Positions 17,657-27,099 of a DNA stretch of 64,000 bases are shown in pieces; the stretch's first letter is position 1; each line of letters begins with the position of its first letter. The DNA comes from Candidatus Latescibacterota bacterium (lineage in GTDB: Bacteria; Latescibacterota; UBA2968; UBA8231). The translations under genes were made by a program, and so were the position numbers. A model generated the notes under the pieces. It searched no databases, was not told the origin of the DNA, and worked only from the letters and a program-made list of their open reading frames with translations. The stretch covers positions 1,376,001 to 1,440,000 of the forward strand of contig CBDCXV010000001.1 of assembly GCA_965223905.1 (NCBI GenBank), written 5' to 3'.

Positions 17657-20600
17657 ACCGCCAGCCTTCCTTCATCGACAACCGTGACGGCAACACACTG
17701 GCACAGGCCCTGGGTACGCTACTGGGTGTTCCCCCCGAGTCCCAGGTGGGGGAGCCCACCGAGAAGCCCGATCAGGTAAGCATTGCCACCGCCTTCTTCA
17801 GCCCGACCGGTTTCGCACATATCGCAGATCAACTGGAGGGAATTCCCGAGGTTCGCCTGCTGCTTGGAGCGGACCTGGCCGCGGGGGCGCTGGAGCACCG
17901 CAGGCGGCTGGACGAGACGCAGGAGTGGTTCGAACGAAGGCAGATCGAGGCTGGCTTGCGGAGCATGACCGACGGCTTGGCGCGGGATCGGGATCACCTG
18001 CAGTTCAACCGCACCAACGGTGTGGCCCTGGCCAAGCTGATCGCGGCACTGCGCGCCGGCAATTTGGAAGTGAGGCGCTACGAGAAGGCGTTCCTGCACG
18101 CCAAGGCTTACATCTTCAACTCCCAGGACGACAGCTTAAACAAGCCTGAAGGAATCATCGCCGGCTCCTCCAATTTGACGGGCGCCGGCCTGACAAAAAA
18201 CCTGGAACTCAATCTCGGCCGCTTTGACGGCCCGGTCGTTCAGGAAGCAAGGAACTGGTTCAACGATCTCTGGGAAGAGGCCGAGCCCTACGATTTGGCC
18301 GGTCTTTTCGAAGTCGTGTTCGAGCCTCGGACGCCCTGGGAGATTTTCATCCGGGTCCTGTGGCAGCTCTACGGGGATGAAGTCGAAGGGGACGCCAAAG
18401 CTGATGAGAACCTGCCGCTGACGAGCTTTCAGAAGCACGGCGTCGCCCGCGCGCTGCGGCTGATCCGCGATACCGGAGGAGTCATTGTCGCAGACGAAGT
18501 GGGTCTTGGGAAAACCTTCATCGCCGGCGAAATCCTTCAGCTCTACCGGGAACGGCGGCAGCGGGCGCTGCTCGTATGCCCGGCGGCGCTGCGGGATGGG
18601 ATGTGGATGAAGTTCCTGAACGAGTTTCAGCTATATGTCGAATACCTGTCTTTCGAGCAACTCGCAAACGACATACAGCTTCGCGACAGGCAGCGTCCGA
18701 ATGCGGACCAGGCTCATCTTCAACGTCCGCTGGACGAGTATCAGCTCGTCATCGTCGACGAGGCTCACAATTACCGCAACCCCGACGCCCCGACCCGGTC
18801 AGGCGTGTTGCGCCGCCTGCTCTTCGGGCGCAGGAGGGACCTCCTCCTTCTGACCGCAACGCCGGTCAACAACTCGCTGTGGGATTTATACCACCTGCTG
18901 CGCTTCTTCCTTCGCCAGGACGCCCACCTCGCAGGACGCGGCATTCTCTCGATCCGTGAACGCTTCGAAGAGGCCATGCGGGTGGACCCCTCCAGCCTGA
19001 GTCCCGATGTGCTTTATCCGGTCATCGACGCGACGACGGTGAAACGGACCCGGCAGTTCGTCAAAAAGCACTATGCCGGAGATACCATTACCGGCCCGGA
19101 CGGCAGGCCCCAGCCGATCGTGTTTCCCCAGCCGAGAGCGATAAGCGTCCGCTACGAGCTTGAAGACAGGTTGCCGGGCTTTTTCGATCGGTTGGAAGAG
19201 GCGCTCGATTCGGATGGGGATGGAGGTCTCTCCTTCGCACGGTACATGCCGGATGCCTGCCTTCAGGAGGGCGACGACTCCGAAAATGCGCGCGGAAGGG
19301 CCATGGTGGGGCTTTTGCGCTCAGGACTACTCAAGCGGTTCGAGTCCTCCTCCTTCGCATTCTGCAAAACCATCGACAAGATGGCTGGAGAGCACGACAC
19401 CTTCCTGCAGGCGTTGGATGCTGGACACGTCGTTACCACTGCTTTCATGCAGGAGATTTCGGGTGACGACGAAACCGTGTTCGAGGATCTGGTTAACGCC
19501 ACGGAACACAGCAGGGATGCGGAGCTCTACGATGTCGCCAGGCTTCGCGAGGCGGTAGAGCGGGACCGCGATCTGCTCCGCAGTCTCGCCGAAGAGGCGC
19601 GGTCGATTACCCCGGACCGCGATCCCAAACTGAAATCCTTGAGGGATGCGCTGGTTGTAATCGCCCAACAGGCGGAGCGCGAAGCGACGGATGGCGCCGA
19701 CGAAGCGCAAAAACGCAAGGTGCTGGTGTTCTCGTTCTTCGCGGACACTGTCGAGTGGATTCGGGACTTCCTGAGGGAGGAAGTTGAAGAGCAGGAAGGC
19801 CTTGCGCCTTACAAGAACCGCATAGTTGCGGTCAGCGGCTCGGGGGATTTGGACGAGCCATCCCGCCGGCGCGCAGTCCAGGGCTTCGCGCCGGTTTCAA
19901 TGGAGGCGCCAGCGGGACAGGACGCCGATCTCTACGACCTCATGATCGCGACGGATGTTCTGGCCGAGGGTGTAAACCTTCAGCAATGCCGGCACATCAT
20001 CAATTTCGACATGCCATGGAACCCGATGCGGCTGGTGCAGAGGCACGGTCGTATAGATCGAATCGGCAGCCCCCACAACCAGGTGTTTCTGCGAACGATC
20101 TTCCCGGTCGACCGCCTCGATGAGCTTCTGAACCTGGAAAAACGGATCCTGGGCAAACTGGCATTGGCGGCGGCGAGCGTAGGAGTTGCGGCACCGATAG
20201 AGGGCGGAGCGCACGGTGAGCAGGTATTCACCGAAGCGCGTGAAGAGATCGAGAAGCTGATGAGGGAGGATGCCTCGCTATTCGAGCGAGGAGGAAGCGC
20301 TGGCGCCGCTCAGACGGGCGAGGAGTACCGCCAGACGCTCCGCAAGGCGCTCGAGGCGAACCGGGGCCGCATTGCCCGGCTGCCCTGGAAAATCGGATCA
20401 GGCATGCTCAAGGGAACGAATCGTGGCATGTTTTTCTGCGCGGTAGTGGGAGCGGAGACCGAGTTCGAACGAACGTATCTCCGGTTCATTCCGGCAGATG
20501 GCGATTGGAGGCCGGAGGCCGGGCGCGACAAAATGGAGAGCGAGCTCGGGACCTGTCTTCGACTCATTGAATGCGATGAGGAAACGCCGACCTGGTATCC

Positions 20601-21039
20601 GGATGAGCTTCGTGAATCGGTTTATGATTTCTGGGTAGTGGCCCAATACGACATCTGGTCCAGTTGGATGCGCGAAACCGACCCCGCGAACTTGCAACCT
20701 TCGGTGCGGCCGCTGAATCATCGGGTGGCCGAGCACATCCGCACATATCAGCCCCTGAATGTGCCGGAGGATCGCGTGAACCGCGCACTCGACGTTCTGG
20801 AGTCGCCCTGGCCGCGCCGGGAGGAGATCATGCTGCGGGGGTGGTTCGAATCGGGTGAACACGAAGGCGCCACGCTTTCCCGATTCCTTATCGATCAGAT
20901 CATCGAAACCGGACTCGAACCAACAGCACCGCCGCCGCCATTACCCCCGATCGAGCAAGAGGAGATCGAGCTTCTCTGTTGGATGGGAATAGAGTGCGAA
21001 GGCAGTGGTGATTCGGGCGATGGGAATGGCGTCCCGTGA
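17653..21039 (+). CDS. PLD-nuclease domain plus SNF2-family helicase
   Basis: LHAKAYIF and AGSSNLT (PLD); ADEVGLGKT, DEAH, LTATP, EGVNLQ, PWNPMRLVQRHGRIDRIG; ATGA overlap. Confidence 0.9.
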   Translation: MNRQPSFIDNRDGNTLAQALGTLLGVPPESQVGEPTEKPDQVSIATAFFSPTGFAHIADQLEGIPEVRLLLGADLAAGALEHRRRLDETQEWFERRQIEAGLRSMTDGLARDRDHLQFNRTNGVALAKLIAALRAGNLEVRRYEKAFLHAKAYIFNSQDDSLNKPEGIIAGSSNLTGAGLTKNLELNLGRFDGPVVQEARNWFNDLWEEAEPYDLAGLFEVVFEPRTPWEIFIRVLWQLYGDEVEGDAKADENLPLTSFQKHGVARALRLIRDTGGVIVADEVGLGKTFIAGEILQLYRERRQRALLVCPAALRDGMWMKFLNEFQLYVEYLSFEQLANDIQLRDRQRPNADQAHLQRPLDEYQLVIVDEAHNYRNPDAPTRSGVLRRLLFGRRRDLLLLTATPVNNSLWDLYHLLRFFLRQDAHLAGRGILSIRERFEEAMRVDPSSLSPDVLYPVIDATTVKRTRQFVKKHYAGDTITGPDGRPQPIVFPQPRAISVRYELEDRLPGFFDRLEEALDSDGDGGLSFARYMPDACLQEGDDSENARGRAMVGLLRSGLLKRFESSSFAFCKTIDKMAGEHDTFLQALDAGHVVTTAFMQEISGDDETVFEDLVNATEHSRDAELYDVARLREAVERDRDLLRSLAEEARSITPDRDPKLKSLRDALVVIAQQAEREATDGADEAQKRKVLVFSFFADTVEWIRDFLREEVEEQEGLAPYKNRIVAVSGSGDLDEPSRRRAVQGFAPVSMEAPAGQDADLYDLMIATDVLAEGVNLQQCRHIINFDMPWNPMRLVQRHGRIDRIGSPHNQVFLRTIFPVDRLDELLNLEKRILGKLALAAASVGVAAPIEGGAHGEQVFTEAREEIEKLMREDASLFERGGSAGAAQTGEEYRQTLRKALEANRGRIARLPWKIGSGMLKGTNRGMFFCAVVGAETEFERTYLRFIPADGDWRPEAGRDKMESELGTCLRLIECDEETPTWYPDELRESVYDFWVVAQYDIWSSWMRETDPANLQPSVRPLNHRVAEHIRTYQPLNVPEDRVNRALDVLESPWPRREEIMLRGWFESGEHEGATLSRFLIDQIIETGLEPTAPPPPLPPIEQEEIELLCWMGIECEGSGDSGDGNGVP

Positions 21040-21085
21040 AAACTCGGGAAGTTTGCTCCGAATTTTGAATGGATAACTGAACGAG

Positions 21086-23122
21086 ATGGCTCCCCGAAAG
21101 AAAAAGACCAAACCGAAAAAACCTGTTGATCCCTTCTCGTCCCTCAGGTGGGATGATGTAGAGAATTGGGCGGGCAGTCGCATCGTCGCCAGGGGGCAAT
21201 CCTATCTGGAAAGCCAGGCTGTCCAGGATTTGAAGCGCGCCGAAGACGGGGCGCTGGTCGCCTGGGTGCAGGGAACCCGGCGCTATGCCACCCGGGTGCG
21301 CATCGAAGAAAGGAAGAATCTGCAGTCCGAATGCACTTGTCCCTACTGGACGACGTGCAAACACGCGGTGGCCGTAGTGCTGGAATACCTGGAAAACATT
21401 AGAAACAAAACGGCCACCCGTCCGGTTGAGAAAGACGATCCACGCCTCCTGCTGTTGGATGGGATCAAGAAGGAGTTGGAGGAGCAGGATGAATTCGATC
21501 TATCCGAGGAATTCGATCTCGAGGAGTACGAGGAAGACTGGGAAGAGGAGGATAAGAACGTCGAGACCGGTACGAAGACCCCAAGGCCCGGGCAATCCCG
21601 GTCCTCTTCCCTGCGCGCGCACCTTCAAAAGCAGACCAAGGCCGAACTCGTAGCGCTGGTGGTGGAGCTCGCCGAAGCGCACGACGAGGTGCGCCGATCG
21701 CTCGAGGACCGCCGCGTCTTGGCCTCGGGGAAGACGGACAAAATTCTGCAGACGGTCCGCCGCGAGATCGCTGCCCTGGAAGAACCGGTATGGGAAGGCG
21801 ATGGCTACGGGGTGCCTGCGGCCAGTACGGATCGTCTCGAAGCGGCGCTCAAAGCGCTGGTAGAAGCCGGACAGGCCGACGCGGCGGTGCGACTGGGGCC
21901 GGAGCTTCTGGCCGCCGGCACCCGGGCGGTGGAGTACGAGCACGAGGGAGAGTCAGGCTATGCCATCAGCGCCTGCCTCAATCTCCTTTTCCAGGCCCTG
22001 GGTGCGACTGCCCTGTCGCCGGCGGACCGGATTGAATGGGCCCTGGATATGGCGCTGGCCGACGCGTACGACTTGTGTGACACCGGAATGGGAAATTTCT
22101 GGAAGAAAGGCTACGCCAGGAGCGATTGGTCCGAGGTGAGCGACCGTCTGGAGCGGCGTCTCGAAGCCGATGAGCCCACTCCCCGAGAGGATGACTATTC
22201 CTATCACTCAAATCGGGACCGCATCGCCAACTGGCTGATTACCTCCCTGGAAAATGCCGGCCGTCGGAAGGAGATCATTCCTCTGTGCGAGCGCGAGGCG
22301 CCGATCACCTTCAGTTACAATCGGCTGGTGGATCGCCTGATGGCCGGGCGCCGCTGGGAGGAGGCCCGGCGCTGGTGCCGGCAGGGGATCGAGACGGTTC
22401 CCTCAAAATATTCCGGCCTCCAGGCGAAGCTGCGCCGGCAGCTGCAGACGATCAACCAGCGCAGCGGCAATCCTCTATCCGGGCTGGCCATTCAGGCGGA
22501 GGAGTTTTTTGCCGAGCCCAGCCTTGCCGGTTTCCAGGTCCTGTGCAGGGCCGCCCGCAAGGCGCGCATCGGCAAGGGGGTCGAGGCCTGGGGGCGGCAT
22601 TACCTGGAAACCGGCCGGCGGCCTCGTGCCGGCAAAAGACGGAAGAGCGACCCCGGGATGGACTGGCCCCTGCCGGCCTGTGAAGTCGCGGTGCCTGCAC
22701 CTCCGAGGACGACTGAGGCGCCTGTGACCGGGGTGCTGATCCAGTTGGCCATAGCCGAGAAGAAGCCGAACGAGGTTCTGAAGTGGTACGATCATCCCAG
22801 CCGGAAGAAAGGTGCGCCCGGGCTGTATGGCTTCTCCCTCGAGAACGATGTGGCCAAGGCCGTCGAATCGACCCATCCGGATCGGGCGGTAGCAATCTGG
22901 AAGAAAATCGCGGAGGGACATATCGCCCGGGTACAGGCGAGTGGGTACCAGGCGGCGGTTCCCTATCTGCGCAAGGTCAGGGATGCACTCACCCGGAACC
23001 GTCGCACGCGGGAATGGGAAGAGTACCTGGCCGCCTTGAGACAGCAAAACAGCCGCAGGCCTCGATGCCTGGAGGAGCTGCGCAGGTTGGAGAGAGGGCG
23101 CCGGAGAATTGTCGACAGCTAG
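21086..23122 (+). CDS. SWIM zinc-finger protein with acidic linker and helical C-terminal region
   Basis: ECTCPYWTTCKHAVAV SWIM motif; RGQSY and VQGTRRY upstream. Confidence 0.85.
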   Translation: MAPRKKKTKPKKPVDPFSSLRWDDVENWAGSRIVARGQSYLESQAVQDLKRAEDGALVAWVQGTRRYATRVRIEERKNLQSECTCPYWTTCKHAVAVVLEYLENIRNKTATRPVEKDDPRLLLLDGIKKELEEQDEFDLSEEFDLEEYEEDWEEEDKNVETGTKTPRPGQSRSSSLRAHLQKQTKAELVALVVELAEAHDEVRRSLEDRRVLASGKTDKILQTVRREIAALEEPVWEGDGYGVPAASTDRLEAALKALVEAGQADAAVRLGPELLAAGTRAVEYEHEGESGYAISACLNLLFQALGATALSPADRIEWALDMALADAYDLCDTGMGNFWKKGYARSDWSEVSDRLERRLEADEPTPREDDYSYHSNRDRIANWLITSLENAGRRKEIIPLCEREAPITFSYNRLVDRLMAGRRWEEARRWCRQGIETVPSKYSGLQAKLRRQLQTINQRSGNPLSGLAIQAEEFFAEPSLAGFQVLCRAARKARIGKGVEAWGRHYLETGRRPRAGKRRKSDPGMDWPLPACEVAVPAPPRTTEAPVTGVLIQLAIAEKKPNEVLKWYDHPSRKKGAPGLYGFSLENDVAKAVESTHPDRAVAIWKKIAEGHIARVQASGYQAAVPYLRKVRDALTRNRRTREWEEYLAALRQQNSRRPRCLEELRRLERGRRRIVDS

Positions 23123-23706
23123 CCCGGTCTGAACCCCTTCCTTTCAGCCAGCTGCCGACCGCCGCCACGGCAAACTCTAAGGCGGTGGCCCTCATTTTTC
23201 CGGGCGAAAAAAACTGCCTGATCCTGTCCCGTCGGAAAAAAGTCGTCGAGGAGAACGAGCTGCCCTACGACGAATGCTGCACCCGCCTCGACGAGGCGCG
23301 GGTCGAGTTCCGCAGGTTCAATCGGAAGATCCGCGCCGGGTCGTGTAAAAGTGGATTACGGGAACAAGCAGTAGGAGCCTGTCCGGGCGTCCGCTTCGAG
23401 TGCGGGGCCTAGTCAATGAGCTGAAAATAACACAGCCAGCGGTCGCGATGGCCGCCGTAACCGAAGGAATACTCGAACACCCTGACAGGGATGACGGAGC
23501 GGAAGAGACAGGGGAGCAAGTGCGATTGCGCCGGTGACGGCGCATAGCCCAGAAGCGCGGAGGCTCCCAGTAAGTATGCGGTCGCTTCGATTCAGAACAG
23601 ATGCTTAACGTCATAGATATCGGCTGCTCCCGCGCTTTCTTCGCATCCTCTCACCCCGCCCATAAGTGGGATTGTCCCACCAGAGCTGGCGCCGGTCAAT
23701 CCATCA

Positions 23707-24771
23707 TTACTGCCCGAGATACGCTTTGAGCCCGTGTTTGACGACCGCCCTCCCTACGGACTCGCACCATGCAACGAGCGCGTCTATTTCGTGATGGTTT
23801 AACGCGCGGTTGATGGTACACTTGAGATCTCGTCCCGCAGGGGTAAACAATCCCATATCGTCGGCCTGTTTCCAAAGAGATTCGACAACATCATCGGGTG
23901 TCGCGGTCTTTCTTGCGACGCCTCCCCTGTTGTGCAACGCGGTGTGGAAGGTCTGCTTGAAAACCGAGTTGGGTGGATAGATGTAACAAATGACAACCCG
24001 CGTTCCATCGACCTCGACACCTACCGAGAAGCCTTTGGTTCCCCAGCTGATTGACATGGATTTGCTCTTCGCCAAGTCGAGGATACGAGAAAAAACGGCC
24101 TTGCCATGCTCGTCACAGGACTCTAGAAATTCAGCTTCCGTAACGACCGGTAAAGAGGCGGAAACCACCCGGCGCGGCTTTGCGTGTTCTTTGTCGACGA
24201 CGATTTCTTGAGACAGCAGACGACTGCCTTCCTGTGTTTGAAAGAAGGTGAATTCGACGCACGTAACTCTGACCCCTTTCGAACCCAAAAACGTTGCGGT
24301 CTGCCTGATCTCGGGGGTCACCCGCTGGCCAACGATTACCATGCGTTGATCCTTGTTGAACGCTACGGCCTCCGCTTCCTCCAGCTCAAAGTACTCCCGG
24401 TGGTGATCGGCGAGGCCGAGTGACTCGTCGTTTTGGTACTGCCTGAAGATGACCTCCAGCGCGTCGACATCCAGCCGTTCGGCAAAGACAGCGTATTCCA
24501 GCGCCTGAGCAACCGCGTCCCGCGGGGTGCGGTTTCGCTTCAACTCCACGACGACCACGCTTCCCTCCCGGTCAACGCCTAGCAGATCGATGAATCCCCC
24601 CATGTCGGTCTGAACCTGACGCCCGATGATCAGGATGCGCCCTTCTGCCAGAATGCCGTCAGGGTTGAACTCTAGCCACTCTTCAAGCACGGCTTCTTCA
24701 TGATCGACCTCGAATGGCAGCCGTTCATACTCGGTAAACGCACCATCTGATCCAATCCTGAAAACTCTCAT
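23707..24771 (-). CDS. NucS/DUF91-like PD-(D/E)XK endonuclease domain protein
   Basis: EAVLEEWL, IDLLGVD, VVVELKR, QALEY. Confidence 0.75.
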   Translation of the reverse strand: MRVFRIGSDGAFTEYERLPFEVDHEEAVLEEWLEFNPDGILAEGRILIIGRQVQTDMGGFIDLLGVDREGSVVVVELKRNRTPRDAVAQALEYAVFAERLDVDALEVIFRQYQNDESLGLADHHREYFELEEAEAVAFNKDQRMVIVGQRVTPEIRQTATFLGSKGVRVTCVEFTFFQTQEGSRLLSQEIVVDKEHAKPRRVVSASLPVVTEAEFLESCDEHGKAVFSRILDLAKSKSMSISWGTKGFSVGVEVDGTRVVICYIYPPNSVFKQTFHTALHNRGGVARKTATPDDVVESLWKQADDMGLFTPAGRDLKCTINRALNHHEIDALVAWCESVGRAVVKHGLKAYLGQ

Positions 24772-24900
24772 TGTGATGGCTCCTCATGCGCAACGCTCAG
24801 GTATACCTCAACCCCCGTCCTTCTGCCTTTGGGGGAATCTCACTTATCGGTACCTTTAAATGATGGTTTTGTGCGTTTTCCGAAAGGAAAAGCACGGGTT

Positions 24901-24929
24901 ATAAAAAAACGGGACCTGGTACGGTCCCG
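24901..24929 (-). terminator. Intrinsic terminator of the lipoprotein-YceI-barrel operon
   Basis: Stem CGGGACC/GGTCCCG (24910-24929) followed on the minus strand by a T7 tract, about 20 bp after the stop. Confidence 0.7.
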
Positions 24930-24949
24930 GCATGTTCTTCCTTCCCTCC

Positions 24950-25819
24950 CTACAGGAACCGCGTGATCCCGAAACCGGTGCGCCAGTTGTCGGGGGCCGC
25001 TCCGTAGGGCGCCCCCACGAGGTATTGGGACGGACTTAAGCGCGTGTTGTTGGTGGCGAACACGTAGAAGGTGTGCCCCCCCGTATCGATGGAAAGGCCC
25101 CAGGCGAGCGAGTTGTGCGAGCGTCCGCTCTCTCCCGGTGACAGGATGCCCTGGTACCCCGCCAGGGCCGGGCTGTACTCCACCCAGATTCCCCAGGTGT
25201 GGTTGATGAAGTAGTGAACGTAGGTTCCCAGGGTTACGGTGTATTGCCGGTCGACGCTGAAGATGGCGCTGTTGTAGAGGAACGAGGGCACCAGCCCCAC
25301 CCCGAGCTTGTCGTCCACCATGGTATTGAAAATCAGCTGCCCGAAGTACTGGAAGTTCTCGGCCGCGGCCGCTCCCCGGTCGACGATGGCGGGGATGTCG
25401 GTGTTCCAGGCGGTACCGGCGTTCAGGGCGAGGACCGACGGGAAGCGCATGTGGCGGAACTGCAGCCAGCGATACCGCAGCTGCAGGTCGAGATTGTCCT
25501 GCAGGCTGCTGCGCCCGAGGGTCATCATCAGCCGGTCGTGCAGGCCGTAGCTGACCGTGGTGCGGATGTTGGCCGGCCCGTCGAAGCCGAAGCCCGCCTT
25601 GTAGCCCTGGTCGATGGTCGGCAGAAAGCGGTGGGATATCTCGTAATGGAAATCCCCCCGGTAGAGCGTTTCCGCGGTCGGATAGTTGGCCGTCCTGAGG
25701 GCGCGGAACAGCTCCAGCCTGGTCTCGGGCGGCGCGCTCGCCTGCCACGACGGCTGGGCCCAGGCCAGGGCCGGCAGCAGGCCGAGGACGGCTGCAAGAC
25801 ACGAGGCGCGAATTCTCAT
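24950..25819 (-). CDS. DUF5777-like outer-membrane beta-barrel protein
   Basis: Signal peptide, ISHRF, FGFDGPANI, IDTGGHTF, C-terminal GFGITRFL. Confidence 0.75.
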   Translation of the reverse strand: MRIRASCLAAVLGLLPALAWAQPSWQASAPPETRLELFRALRTANYPTAETLYRGDFHYEISHRFLPTIDQGYKAGFGFDGPANIRTTVSYGLHDRLMMTLGRSSLQDNLDLQLRYRWLQFRHMRFPSVLALNAGTAWNTDIPAIVDRGAAAAENFQYFGQLIFNTMVDDKLGVGLVPSFLYNSAIFSVDRQYTVTLGTYVHYFINHTWGIWVEYSPALAGYQGILSPGESGRSHNSLAWGLSIDTGGHTFYVFATNNTRLSPSQYLVGAPYGAAPDNWRTGFGITRFL

Positions 25820-26397
25820 CGATCCTTCCTCCTGTGAGCCAGGTAGACGGAGACCTCGAGGGCGATCTCCTGGTTCACCTTGACGAAGGCGGCCAGGGAG
25901 GGGGCCTCGATCTCGTAGTCGGCCAGCTTGAAGGAGAAAGCGGCCTCGACCTTGGAGCGCCCCTCTTCCACCACCACGGTGCCGGGCACCTCGATGGCGC
26001 GGTCGACCCCGTGCAGCGACAGCGTCCCCTTCGTCTTTACTCGATATGCGGTCACCGTGGAATCGACCGCGGCGTGTTCGGCGATCTCCCCTTTGTACAC
26101 CGCCCTGGGCCACTGGTCCGTGTCGAGCACCTCGCGCATGTCGCGGTCCCGCTTGCCGATGCCGGTATCGAAGCCGGCGAGGTTCACCTCGAAATGGAAC
26201 CGGGGCTTCTGCGCGAACAGCGAGTCCCCTTCCCAGTAGAGGAAGCCGTCGATCTGATCGGTGACGCCGGAAAAGGTGAAGGCCGTCACCCTCGAGGTGA
26301 ACTTGACCTGGTTGTCCCGGGCCTTCTTGTCGACCTGCCATTCGCCGCCCCGGACCGCTAGGGGGAGGCAGATCAGGAGGGGGAGGAGCCAGCGCAT
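25816..26397 (-). CDS. YceI family (polyisoprenoid-binding) exported protein
   Basis: Signal peptide, FDTGIGKRDRDM, GTLSLHGV, LADYEI. Confidence 0.85.
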   Translation of the reverse strand: MRWLLPLLICLPLAVRGGEWQVDKKARDNQVKFTSRVTAFTFSGVTDQIDGFLYWEGDSLFAQKPRFHFEVNLAGFDTGIGKRDRDMREVLDTDQWPRAVYKGEIAEHAAVDSTVTAYRVKTKGTLSLHGVDRAIEVPGTVVVEEGRSKVEAAFSFKLADYEIEAPSLAAFVKVNQEIALEVSVYLAHRRKDR

Positions 26398-26430
26398 GTT
26401 AGTCGTCCCGGATTGGTTTGCCGGCGGGGG

Positions 26431-26880
26431 TCAGTCCCTCGGGGCTCCCTTTTCTATCCACGCGTACACCGTCTCGAGCGTTGCCGGTTCCAGGTACGGC
26501 CCGCCGAGGGGCATGCGGTCCCCGGAGATCTTGGCGTCCGGCAGGAGTTTGAGATACAGGTAGCTGCTGTCCGGCCGGCCCGGGTCGACCAGGGGGATGC
26601 CCTGGCTGCTCTCGACGCCGACGATGTTGTCGTACCCCTTGCCGGCCGACAGGTCGGGCCAGGCGGTGCCCCCGTGGCAGCCGCTCGAAGCGCAGGAAAC
26701 GTCGAACAAGCTTTTCTGCAGGTGCTCAAAGGTAGCCGGCCCTTCGGAGGGGGGATCGAATACCATGTCGGTGCTCGTGGTCAGGTCGGAGCAGGCCAGG
26801 CCGGCGACCATGAGCAGGGCGAGCGGAAGGGACGCTTTCATCGCCTTCTTCACGGGGGTGACCTCAGTGTCGTGTTTCAC
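26431..26880 (-). CDS. Lipoprotein with a cytochrome c-like CxxxxCH motif
   Basis: Lipobox AGLAC, SCASSGCHGG, PGRPDSSYLYLKL, RMP, WIEKGA. Confidence 0.7.
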   Translation of the reverse strand: MKHDTEVTPVKKAMKASLPLALLMVAGLACSDLTTSTDMVFDPPSEGPATFEHLQKSLFDVSCASSGCHGGTAWPDLSAGKGYDNIVGVESSQGIPLVDPGRPDSSYLYLKLLPDAKISGDRMPLGGPYLEPATLETVYAWIEKGAPRD

Positions 26881-27099
26881 AGTATTGGCCCTTCGCTCGC
26901 AGTAAGTCCCCAGTACCCACCTAAGTCAGGCGCCGTGCGGGCCCGGGCACCCAGTGAACGATTTTGGCAATCTGTTCCGGGACAGGACATTTGTTTTCAA
27001 TGTACGTTCGACGGTGCCGGGCAAGCCACACGGACCGCGGTGGCCTGAGCGTTGCTCATGGCCCGACAGACAACCCGACAAGCTGAAAAGGAATCGACA

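Noticed and set aside
11984-21039. Calling the operon DISARM or BREX
   Set aside because: No DrmA/DrmB (DUF1998), PglZ or BrxC genes in the window.
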